A DNA stretch of 21,173 nt from positions 1-21,173 of the forward strand of contig JBFRWI010000089.1 in the NCBI GenBank assembly GCA_051439505.1, read 5' to 3'. The position numbers were made by a program, and so were the translations under genes. The stretch is from Hormoscilla sp. (lineage in GTDB: Bacteria > Cyanobacteriota > Cyanobacteriia > Cyanobacteriales > Desertifilaceae). Under the pieces are notes generated by a model that worked only from the letters and a program-made list of their open reading frames with translations, was not told where the DNA came from and did no database searches. Of the stretch, positions 1 through 7,322 are shown in pieces; within the stretch, counting starts at the first letter, position 1, and each line of letters begins with the position of its first letter.

Positions 1-598
1 TGCGCCAAATTACATAGTCAAATTTATCGGACATCTGCTTGACTAGCTGCACCGCGATCGCGGTTTTGCCGATACCAGTCATGCCCAGAACAGCCACCAG
101 GCGACAGCGTTCCTGCAAGATCCATTGCTTGAGGGTAGTCAGTTCTGCGGTGCGTCCGTAGAAAGGGGAGACATCAGGCGCATCTGCTAAATCTAGACGT
201 ACATTCGGTCTAGGGTTGTCTTGGTTAGGGGTTTGCTCATTTGAGGGAGGGTGCGGGACTTCTTTTGATGGCAAACTGTCTCTACAAAGGTTGACATCAC
301 CAATGTGTACGGAGTCTTTTGTGAAGTTTAAGACATTGGAAACTTGCCACCTCTCTAGGGCCGATTTCAAATTCTTTTTCCCGACCTTTTCCCCCAACTC
401 CTCTGAGATGGTCTGCAACAATTCGGAGCCAACATCTCTCGCGTGGCCCTCAGTACAGTGGCATTCTTCAGCGATTTGAGAATAGGTGTGACGTTGGAGA
501 GTACCGCGCAGTATGGCCTGTTGCAGGTCGGAGAGGGGTGTGCCGGTCTTAGCGGAAAAGATGTCGGAGGCGAGGCTGAGGAAATCTTCAAGTTCCAT
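1..598 (-). CDS. 5' part of an N-terminal HTH + NB-ARC/NACHT-type (STAND) ATPase, often WD40-fused in cyanobacteria; runs off the left edge
   Basis: Absent from the ORF track. Manual translation from ATG 598 is open to the edge: MELEDFLSLASDIF...LSDLQQAILRGTLQRHTYSQIAEECHCTEGHARDVGSELL (HTH-like), then LDLADAPDVSPFYGRTAELTTLKQWILQERCRLVAVLGMTGIGKT (Walker A)...FDYVIWR. Confidence 0.9.
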   Translation of the reverse strand, partial: MELEDFLSLASDIFSAKTGTPLSDLQQAILRGTLQRHTYSQIAEECHCTEGHARDVGSELLQTISEELGEKVGKKNLKSALERWQVSNVLNFTKDSVHIGDVNLCRDSLPSKEVPHPPSNEQTPNQDNPRPNVRLDLADAPDVSPFYGRTAELTTLKQWILQERCRLVAVLGMTGIGKTAIAVQLVKQMSDKFDYVIWR

Positions 599-650
599 AG
601 GTCGATCGCCGGTGCATAGGTCCGGTAGATACTGGGATTTGCTCTATTGT

Positions 651-759
651 AATCCGACATTTTCCGATATAATCCAACATTTGCTGCAAAATCCGACATT
701 TTCCGACATCTTTAGGCGATCGATGTTTGGAAAATTGTATAGAAAATCCGACATTTTCC
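651..759. promoter_or_regulatory. Cluster of TCCGACAT-like direct repeats upstream of the HTH/NB-ARC gene (putative operator)
   Basis: Copies at 653, 663 (TCCGATAT), 673 (TCCAACAT), 692, 702 and 747, mostly 10 bp apart. Confidence 0.55.
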
Positions 760-894
760 TCTGGTAAAAGACTTAAATATTGCCATATCATTGTAAATGA
801 CGCAATTACAGCCCATGTCAGTTTGATATATGTTAGCGAGTGCGGTTTGAACGACTGCCACGACATAGCATGAGACAAGTAACTAGACATTGTA

Positions 895-1048
895 TATTGC
901 GTTTCTCAAATTGATGTGGTGTATTTTAGCTCGCCTATTTGTCATTGCGAGGGGGGGGATAACCGCGATCAACTATGCTTTATGCATTAACCCCCCCCCC
1001 GAAGCAATCTCACCAATCGCATATCACACTAATATGAGAGCTGCTATA
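895..1048. mobile_element. Degenerate MITE-like element carrying a GTCATTGCGAG...GAAGCAATCTC repeat (936-1011)
   Basis: Imperfect terminal inverted repeats 895-918 and 1025-1048 (17/24 match). The internal repeat recurs inverted at 7551-7625. Confidence 0.5.
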
Positions 1049-1097
1049 ATTTAGCGTTTTTTCAGTACATCAGTAAAAACACTCAAGGGAAATTGTC

Positions 1098-2732
1098 ATG
1101 GAACCCCAACAAAAAGAACAATCACCTAACATAGATAGCAACAATCACCGTGTATATTCAGAAGCAAATTCTGAATATACACAAAATTCTCCGCAAGATT
1201 CATCCAATCAGCCTAGCCAAGATTCAGGTAATAATATTGCTAAAGGACAGGCTAAACTTGGAATAGTTTTTAAGCTTTTTACCAAAGATCCAATTGCAGT
1301 TGTACTTTATGTATTTCAAGGAATTAGTTGGACGACAACAGTTAAAGGCGCACATATTATATTTCCTAAAGCTAATACAGTATCCCTATCTTTATTAGGA
1401 ACTTCACTTCAATTTAAATTAATTCCTTTTGTGCTAGGTAGTGCAGTCCAATTAGCTTTAATTATGCTCTTAATAGTCAGAGCTAGAAGTCAATCGACTG
1501 TTAGAAGATGGTTCATGATTATTATATTGACCGCAGCCAGCAGTTATACTAGCTTTTTTTGCTTTTATGATGCATTACTTGGAGGCGAATTAACTGAAAA
1601 TTCTCCGAAAAAGATCCTAGCACATGAAAGTCTTAAAAATCAAATATATACTCCTTTGCAAGCTGAATATGAAAATTTACAAAACCAGTTATTGACAACA
1701 AAAAAACGCTGGGAGGACGAAGTCAAAGGTACAAGAAGTGGAATCGTTGGGATTGGATATCGAGCGTGGGAGCTTAAGCAGGAGCAAGAGGAGATAGAAA
1801 ATCAACTCAATCAAATTGAAGGAATTATTACTAATTCCAATATTGCAGCAGCATTTACACTGTCTCATGAAGATATTAAGAAACTTTCAACTAAAGAGCT
1901 TTACGATCTAGGATTAGTTGCTTGGAGTTCAATTCCAGCAGCTCACAAGAATAATTCACCAAAACCACAATTTTCCAATTATGAAAACCCGGAAGCATTT
2001 TTGCTGCCGCTGGAACGATTACAGGCTGGAGATAAAAATGCGCTCGCAGCTTTAGTAATCGCATCTTTTATAGATTGTTCATCATTAATTTTAGGAAGTA
2101 TTGGTGATAGTTTTTCATTGTCAAAAGTATTTACTATTATAGTTTCAGGGTTTATTATGAATCTGAAAAGACTTGGGGCAACTCTAAGAAGAACGATCGA
2201 TAAAGAATCAGTGCCTTTTGAGACTGAAGTGAGTCAACTATCGAATAGCACTCAAATAATCAAACTCAATAGTGATATCGAAGGACATGAGTTTTTAAGC
2301 AAGTTGCTAAACAGTATTGAAAAAATAGACGATCAGACATACATTATAAATTACGATGATTTAGTGGCAAGTGATGATAAAGATAAATGTACGTTTTATA
2401 AGTTATTATTAACAAGGATGGAAATTTATCCGTTTAATTGGCTTGAAGATTACCGGGGAAAAGAACAATATAATTTTATGGGTTTAGGAAATTTTTTCGG
2501 TCTTGGCAATCAGCAGAATTCCGATGATGCAAATCAGGGTAAACCCAAAAAACCAAAAAAACAGAAAATACTGAAAATAAAAAAGGAATGCAAAGATGCT
2601 TTTCTAAACTGGTTAACTACTGAAATAGAGAATCAAATCAATCAAGAACAGGTTAAAACTAAAGGAGTAGCTGAAATTCAGCTTTACGCTAATCCTACCC
2701 TGAGACGATCGCTCAACTCTGAAGAAACATAG
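1098..2732 (+). CDS. Multi-TM membrane protein with coiled coil, DUF4407-like
   Basis: 544-aa AT-rich ORF with SD-like AAGGGA. About three N-terminal hydrophobic segments, a coiled coil with EVKGTRSGIVGIG, then further hydrophobic segments. Family call is tentative. Confidence 0.7.
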   Translation: MEPQQKEQSPNIDSNNHRVYSEANSEYTQNSPQDSSNQPSQDSGNNIAKGQAKLGIVFKLFTKDPIAVVLYVFQGISWTTTVKGAHIIFPKANTVSLSLLGTSLQFKLIPFVLGSAVQLALIMLLIVRARSQSTVRRWFMIIILTAASSYTSFFCFYDALLGGELTENSPKKILAHESLKNQIYTPLQAEYENLQNQLLTTKKRWEDEVKGTRSGIVGIGYRAWELKQEQEEIENQLNQIEGIITNSNIAAAFTLSHEDIKKLSTKELYDLGLVAWSSIPAAHKNNSPKPQFSNYENPEAFLLPLERLQAGDKNALAALVIASFIDCSSLILGSIGDSFSLSKVFTIIVSGFIMNLKRLGATLRRTIDKESVPFETEVSQLSNSTQIIKLNSDIEGHEFLSKLLNSIEKIDDQTYIINYDDLVASDDKDKCTFYKLLLTRMEIYPFNWLEDYRGKEQYNFMGLGNFFGLGNQQNSDDANQGKPKKPKKQKILKIKKECKDAFLNWLTTEIENQINQEQVKTKGVAEIQLYANPTLRRSLNSEET

Positions 2733-2754
2733 ATTTACTATGCTAAGCTTCATT

Positions 2755-3008
2755 GTCTCAGAGCAAAGTGCGATCGCACTCTGGTCTCAGAAAAAAGTGC
2801 GATCGCCCCCTGGTCCCAGAAGAAAGTGCGATCGCCCCCTGGTCTCAGAATCAAGTGCGATTGGGTGCATCTCAATGCATGTAATTAAGCCCGCGCAGGC
2901 GGGCTTTGTTCTTGTAGCCGGACCCTTTAGGGTTCGGGCAGCAACGCAAATATGCAGTGTACCCAGTGCGATCGCCCCCCGACCTCAGAAAAAAGTGCGA
3001 TCGCCCCA
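2755..3008 (+). repeat. Tandem 29-bp HIP1-containing repeat (consensus ~GCGATCGC-CCCYTGGTCTCAGARMAAAGT), interrupted by a MITE
   Basis: HIP1 at 2770, 2799, 2828, 2857 (disrupted), 2968 and 2997; exact 29-bp period. Confidence 0.9.
2863..2964. mobile_element. 102-bp MITE-like element (GGGTGCA-type ends) with REP-like hairpins
   Basis: Ends GGGTGCA / TGTACCC. Flanks AGTGCGATT (2854-2862) and AGTGCGATC (2965-2973) form a 9-bp target duplication with 1 mismatch. Internal hairpins GCCCGCGCAGGCGGGC and ACCCTTTAGGGT. Confidence 0.75.
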
Positions 3009-3013
3009 TTATA

Positions 3014-3430
3014 TCAGCGTGCGATCGCAACTTTTTTATCTAAGACATCTTCCGCTAATAAACTAACTGGTGACTCCGATTTAATCTGCCATTCTAACCA
3101 CCTACCATCAGTAATAAAACCCGTGATTTGCCAAATATTTGACTCTGTAAACAGCACCTCCGCGATCGTATCCATATAAGGAAAGGGAGGACTGAGAGTT
3201 TGCCAATTCTTGGTATCCGAGTCATAGACGCGAACCAACATCGAATGCACTTGTTTGAACATTAGGGAACCTTTGGGTAAACAAATATGCTCGTTCCTTT
3301 GATTGTCAGGATGTTTAGCATCAACAAAGAAATCCTCCAGATGAAACACTAGCGCCTCTGCACTCTGTTCCACTGACCGAACCACTGCATCGTGGAAATG
3401 TACCTGATGCCAAGAAGATGTTACATTCAT
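3014..3430 (-). CDS. Putative immunity protein for the adjacent toxin domain
   Basis: 138 aa with an N-terminal FHDAVV motif as seen in several immunity-type proteins; 4-bp start/stop overlap with 3427..3744. Confidence 0.6.
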   Translation of the reverse strand: MNVTSSWHQVHFHDAVVRSVEQSAEALVFHLEDFFVDAKHPDNQRNEHICLPKGSLMFKQVHSMLVRVYDSDTKNWQTLSPPFPYMDTIAEVLFTESNIWQITGFITDGRWLEWQIKSESPVSLLAEDVLDKKVAIAR

Positions 3431-3744
3431 AATCCAATAGAGATATGTGCTTCTAGTGACTGACGATCTACTACTTCCAAATTAGCATTTAATGATTCAC
3501 CCGCTTCATTATACAGGTGCAGGTGATTATAGGAGATGATAACGTTTGGCGGATCGATTCTGGCTCTAACTCGCCTCGCCCCATCTCGGAAATGCAAAAA
3601 TCTACCATCTGGACTACCCGATTTCTTCAGCCCCAATGCTTCTAATTGTAAAGCAACTTCTGCTATTGTCAAGTTGCCTATCTGGGACAAAAGACTCTGA
3701 AATTCATCGGTTGTCGGATTTCTCAAAGGTGAAGGGTTGCTCAC
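3427..3744 (-). CDS. Stand-alone polymorphic-toxin C-terminal-like domain (putative His-dependent nuclease)
   Basis: 105 aa, GTG start. RIDPP...YNHLHLY...G..L......V...S.EAHI pattern resembles Rhs/CdiA-type toxin tips; no delivery domain. Confidence 0.6.
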   Translation of the reverse strand: MSNPSPLRNPTTDEFQSLLSQIGNLTIAEVALQLEALGLKKSGSPDGRFLHFRDGARRVRARIDPPNVIISYNHLHLYNEAGESLNANLEVVDRQSLEAHISIGL

Positions 3745-3811
3745 GTTGTCGTTCTTTCCATAACTGGTGGTACTTATCTGAGTAGGAAACGAGATTAACT
3801 GAAATACTCTC

Positions 3812-3826
3812 TTTATTCTAGCAGAG
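3812..3826 (-). promoter_or_regulatory. Extended -10 element TGCTAGAAT for toxin/immunity pair 1
   Basis: Minus-strand CTCTGCTAGAATAAA; identical 15-mer at 4871-4885. Confidence 0.55.
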
Positions 3827-3862
3827 TATCCGAGCAGCAGTTTTATGTTAAGTTTTGGTTAA

Positions 3863-3901
3863 ATGCGATCGCCCCCCAGCCTCAGCCCAAAGTGCGATCG
3901 C
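3863..3901 (+). repeat. 29-bp HIP1 repeat unit
   Basis: HIP1 at 3865 and 3894 separated by CCCCCAGCCTCAGCCCAAAGT. Confidence 0.85.
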
Positions 3902-4077
3902 ATTTATCCCGCTAAAGCAAATTTATCTGTTGGTTGCATTCTGGCAGACAGCTGATAGGTTAAGCTCAAGGATTTGCTCCCAGAAACTTCGCCCCGCATT
4001 GGGAGGATAAACCCGATCGCCCCATTGTCTCATACCGTTTTGTACAAAAAATGCTAAAATTAGCATTACTATGGTAT

Positions 4078-4131
4078 TAGTCGGTTTTAACCGACTTGAG
4101 CTATTAGCCGGGGGTTTGAACCCCCGGCGGG
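4078..4131. repeat. REP-like double hairpin
   Basis: AGTCGGTTTTAACCGACT and GCCGGGGGTTTGAACCCCCGGC inverted repeats. Confidence 0.7.
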
Positions 4132-4140
4132 CTGACAGCG

Positions 4141-4175
4141 AAGTCCGATCGCCCCCCAGTCTCGGACGAAAGTGC
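4141..4175 (+). repeat. Degenerate 29-bp HIP1 repeat unit (partial copy also at 4014-4033)
   Basis: AAGTCCGATCGCCCCCCAGTCTCGGACGAAAGTGC. Confidence 0.75.
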
Positions 4176-4199
4176 ATCTCCCTTTACCCAAGAGTATAT

Positions 4200-4541
4200 T
4201 TACCTAACTCCAGCCACTTCGAGAGCGTCTACGCGCGATATTGCCGCATCTGATACCATTATTCTGATTGCATTAACCGCTGATGCGATCTTCCGAAGAT
4301 CGTCATCTTCTAACCGACCACCATTTCTGTCAAGCGCCACTGCATAAACTTCTTCTAACACCGTCCATTCACCCATAAAAGAGTCATACCACTCACCGGA
4401 CATATTTTCCAGACACCCAAGCAGCGCATCTAAATTATCGATCAGTTTCGGAAGACTCATCTGACCAGACTCATAAGCATCTATTGATGCTATCATTCGC
4501 TGATATTGGCGTTGATTATAGGTTAAATTTGCTTCGAGCAT
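4200..4541 (-). CDS. Putative immunity protein for the DUF4258-like toxin
   Basis: 113-aa acidic, helical-looking protein (WTVLEEVYAVALD), SD AGGAG, directly downstream of 4566..4865. Confidence 0.65.
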   Translation of the reverse strand: MLEANLTYNQRQYQRMIASIDAYESGQMSLPKLIDNLDALLGCLENMSGEWYDSFMGEWTVLEEVYAVALDRNGGRLEDDDLRKIASAVNAIRIMVSDAAISRVDALEVAGVR

Positions 4542-4565
4542 GATTAATTCTCCTAATTGGTAGTC

Positions 4566-4865
4566 CTACCACACTGTAACAACTCTCCCGGTGCTCGTGT
4601 CAACGGCTACTGTTATCTTGTTTACCGAGTCATAGTAGCGAATGGTTCCCGACGTTCCCGGTTTTGCTATCCCAGTTTGAATCGCATTTTCAACTACACT
4701 GGGTATAATTCCACGTTTTTGCATCCTGTCAATTGCATGACCAGAATATTGACGTTCATAAATAGTTGTTCGAGAATTCGTTTCCGGTTCCACCTCAAGG
4801 TGACTGTTTCTGCGACCAACAGGTGTTGATGGGTGAGGATCTGTGTCAGTGCCGTCAATTGCCAT
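4566..4865 (-). CDS. Stand-alone DUF4258/BECR-like RNase toxin domain resembling CdiA/Rhs C-termini
   Basis: STPVGRR...YSGHAIDRMQKRGIIPSVVENAI...YYDSVNKITV.V...TGRVVTV motif. Confidence 0.75.
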   Translation of the reverse strand: MAIDGTDTDPHPSTPVGRRNSHLEVEPETNSRTTIYERQYSGHAIDRMQKRGIIPSVVENAIQTGIAKPGTSGTIRYYDSVNKITVAVDTSTGRVVTVW

Positions 4866-4870
4866 TACCT

Positions 4871-4885
4871 TTTATTCTAGCAGAG
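4871..4885 (-). promoter_or_regulatory. Extended -10 element TGCTAGAAT, 8 nt before the toxin ATG (near-leaderless)
   Basis: TAGAAT at 4879-4874 and ATG at 4865; same 15-mer as 3812-3826. Confidence 0.55.
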
Positions 4886-4894
4886 ATGACTATT

Positions 4895-5158
4895 TTAACC
4901 CGCTCGATTGACATTTGCCATTTCCTCAGCGAAATCCTCCTCAGTATATTGAAACACGCAAACCTGATAACGGGACAAAGCATCAATAAAATCTGCGCGG
5001 GTTAACCCGGCGATTTCTGCTGCTTTACCCTGAGATATCTTTCCCATATCGTACCATTTTACAGCCGCTGCAATCCTCATTTCTGCGATAAATTCCCGTT
5101 CGTCTTTACCCAGAACAGTAAATGCCGTTTCTGGCAATTGGAATGAAACTGTTGTCAC
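4895..5158 (-). CDS. UPF0175-family antitoxin (orphan; usual DUF3368 PIN partner absent)
   Basis: EMRIAAAVKWY..GKISQGKAAEIAGLTRADFIDALSRY motif; GTG start with SD AGGAGG; upstream TGCTATACT at 5221-5213. Confidence 0.85.
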   Translation of the reverse strand: MTTVSFQLPETAFTVLGKDEREFIAEMRIAAAVKWYDMGKISQGKAAEIAGLTRADFIDALSRYQVCVFQYTEEDFAEEMANVNRAG

Positions 5159-5302
5159 TTTTGTATTCCTCCTGCTGAAAATTCACGCCCGCCAAGATTT
5201 TACCCTGTGTTTAGTATAGCATTTCTCCTTTGCCGCCGACCACCCTCCAGAGCGATCGAGTATAATTGAGCTTATTGTACAGATTTACTTCCCTTACACC
5301 AA

Positions 5303-5548
5303 ATGATGTCACCGCAGGTACTGGAACTCGATCGTGCCATCCGTGCTTTGATCCTCGAAGAACAAAAATGGCTGCTCGATCGCATTAACAAACTTATCCG
5401 TAACTTTACAGATGCCGATCGATTCGCTAATGCGTCCTATATGGAAGCACAAATCAAGGAAATGGCTTGCGATCCGGACATCCAAGCAGAAATAGCCGCT
5501 ATTAACCAGGAGTTTGCCGTTACAGAAATGGATGGCTTGTCAGACTGA
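5303..5548 (+). CDS. Small antitoxin-like protein (orphan)
   Basis: 81 aa ending MACDPDIQAEIAAINQEFAVTEMDGL, a type I recall upstream of MazF/PemK genes in cyanobacteria. TATAAT at 5261; the stop is followed after 1 nt by HIP1. Confidence 0.65.
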   Translation: MMSPQVLELDRAIRALILEEQKWLLDRINKLIRNFTDADRFANASYMEAQIKEMACDPDIQAEIAAINQEFAVTEMDGLSD

Positions 5549-5549
5549 G

Positions 5550-5590
5550 GCGATCGCCCCTCTGCCTCAGAGCAAAGTGCGATCGCCCCC
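5550..5590 (+). repeat. 29-bp HIP1 repeat unit
   Basis: HIP1 at 5550 and 5579. Confidence 0.88.
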
Positions 5591-5616
5591 TAATTTCATA
5601 CTAATTGAAATCCGCC

Positions 5617-6156
5617 CTAGGTGACGACCTCTACAGCACGCTCGTGGGATGCCGTTTGCATCTCTATTTTCTCTGAGTCACGAATAGCATCCAAACGCTT
5701 CTGATAGTAATCATCTAATGAGGCCAAGATCGTACCGGAGCGAAACTCAATTCCTAAAGCATCACTAATAGCGAGTACGTCCACAAAACTGGCATTTTGA
5801 TAATCCTTTGCTTCATACTGTTGAATTTGCTCTTCCGTGCGACCGCAAAGCATACCAAGTTCTTTTTGACTGAGCTTGAGAGCAATTCTCGCTTTAATCA
5901 ATGAGTCCGATATCTCATGAATTTCGGTAATATTCAGACTGATGGGGCGATCGCGATCGTGTGCGATCAACATTTCATATTCGACGATTTCTTCCCTGAG
6001 ACGCAAGATCCGACAGTGATAAGAATCTTGTAACAGTTGCCAACCATCAGGATCTTTAAGTTTCTTTTCTTCATTTTCCCGCAGGGTGATGAGCGCTTGG
6101 GTAAATCTCTCTACCCAATATTTAGTAATGTTATACTGGTGAGAATCTTTAATCAC
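5617..6156 (-). CDS. XRE-family HTH protein (HigA-like antitoxin/regulator)
   Basis: LIKARIALKLSQKELGMLCGRTEEQIQQYEAKDYQNAS HTH. Probable GTG start at 6156 overlapping the upstream stop (GTGA); ORF track gives 6165. Confidence 0.85.
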   Translation of the reverse strand: MIKDSHQYNITKYWVERFTQALITLRENEEKKLKDPDGWQLLQDSYHCRILRLREEIVEYEMLIAHDRDRPISLNITEIHEISDSLIKARIALKLSQKELGMLCGRTEEQIQQYEAKDYQNASFVDVLAISDALGIEFRSGTILASLDDYYQKRLDAIRDSEKIEMQTASHERAVEVVT

Positions 6157-6607
6157 GGTGACCACCTCACTAAATCTATGGCAACAAGACCTTTGGAGTT
6201 TCCCAAACGATCTCTTTGAAAAAAATCATATGAAGTTATATCATCAATCGGCTGGTCTGAGGGATATATTTCGCCTCTATACTTAGCTTTTTGGGCAACC
6301 GGTTCGTAAATTTTTAGCAAAGTAGGAGCATTTATTTTCAGGTAATCCATATCTACCTCCTCCCTATCCCAGCAAGCATCAAAATCGCCTGGGTCTAATT
6401 TATTCGTAACAAAACTACCGTTAATAAACTACCGTTAATATAGATAGTTCTACATCCAGCAGCTTTTAATGCCTTCATTACAGTATACAGTCCTTGAAGT
6501 CTACGGGTGCGTTTAGTATTTGTACCAAATCTTTCTTCAAATTCTGACCACTCAGCCCAGTGTATTCCCGGAGGAAGATTGCCATTTTCATCAAAAGGTG
6601 GTATCAC
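6153..6607 (-). pseudogene. DUF6932-like minimal nucleotidyltransferase-fold gene frameshifted by a 14-bp tandem duplication
   Basis: AACTACCGTTAATA at 6413-6426 and 6427-6440. Removing one copy joins track ORFs 6395..6625 and 6153..6350 into MIPPFDENGNLPPGIH...YINGSFVTNKLDPGDFDACWD... (146 aa, GS...DxD motif). TGGTATAAT at 6692-6684. Confidence 0.88.
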
Positions 6608-6719
6608 GTTCTTGTACCTATTCAAACTGAAATTATTTGCCAGAGTTGGGTAACGTCAACCCAAGGTATTTTTCTAATTTTTGATTATACCACCCCTCCC
6701 CAGTTCTTTGTCAATCCTT

Positions 6720-6809
6720 ATGGATGGCTTCTCAGACTGAGTCGATCGCTCCATTGTCTCGGAAGAAAGTGCGATCGCCCCCCGGTCTCAGAGCAAAGTG
6801 CGATCGCCC
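6720..6809 (+). repeat. Copy of the 3' end of the 5303..5548 gene followed by two 29-bp HIP1 repeat units
   Basis: 6720-6749 matches 5528-5557 at 28/30; HIP1(-like) sites at 6742, 6771 and 6800. Confidence 0.88.
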
Positions 6810-6848
6810 CGGAACCCCCTCAAATCTTTTAGCGTGAGGGTTATCCGA

Positions 6849-7058
6849 TCATGACGCCTGTTTTTCGATATACTCCTGAATCAACCCTGACATTTTCGCG
6901 AAATCTTCAGGCTCTTGCGGACAAGGATGCCATACTTGGTCAAAAGAGTCAGCCTTATAGCGATCGACCAGCTTGTAAAATGCTTCACGATCATCCCGGT
7001 GAGCGAACACATAGGCTCGTAACTCAGCCTTGCTCATTGTATCATAATCTGGTTTCAT
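6849..7058 (-). CDS. DUF6887-like small protein
   Basis: MKPDYDTMSKAELRAYVFAHRDDREAFYKLVDR. ATG 7058 overlaps the upstream stop (ATGA); ORF track gives 7073. Confidence 0.8.
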   Translation of the reverse strand: MKPDYDTMSKAELRAYVFAHRDDREAFYKLVDRYKADSFDQVWHPCPQEPEDFAKMSGLIQEYIEKQAS

Positions 7059-7261
7059 GTTATAAATCTCCATTTTCCATCCCGACTAACTTGAATTTGA
7101 AGTTCCTCTCCGGCAAATATATATATCGTGCCATCCCGCTCATCAAAACGCAATATTTCAATTGAGCGGTAAAAATTAGTCAAAGATTGACATACCCTAA
7201 TGCAGGTTATACCTTGTTCTGCTGTAGGAAGAATGGCCACCCTCCTCTGGTAAAAATTCAT
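7055..7261 (-). CDS. DUF6888-like small protein, paired with DUF6887 (putative TA-like bicistron)
   Basis: LPTAEQGITCIRVCQSLTNFYRSIEILRFDERDGTIYIFAGEELQIQV..DGKWRF; TATAAT at 7274-7269; exact start uncertain. Confidence 0.8.
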   Translation of the reverse strand: MNFYQRRVAILPTAEQGITCIRVCQSLTNFYRSIEILRFDERDGTIYIFAGEELQIQVSRDGKWRFIT

Positions 7262-7322
7262 CTATTTCATTATACATCTGTCTCCCCAAACGCGACAACC
7301 TGGTTTCTTAATTTTTTCTATA

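Noticed and set aside
216..890. Track ORFs 216..479, 367..699, 513..767 and 588..890
   Set aside because: They overlap the real minus-strand HTH/NB-ARC frame or its repeat-rich promoter and show no recognisable motifs.
2740..3179. ORFs 2740..3066 and 2952..3179 (likewise 3923..4177, 4071..4253, 6560..6832, 7187..7588, 7318..7506)
   Set aside because: They are translations of repeats/MITEs (SAIA, KVRSP, CDR peptides from HIP1) or antisense shadows.
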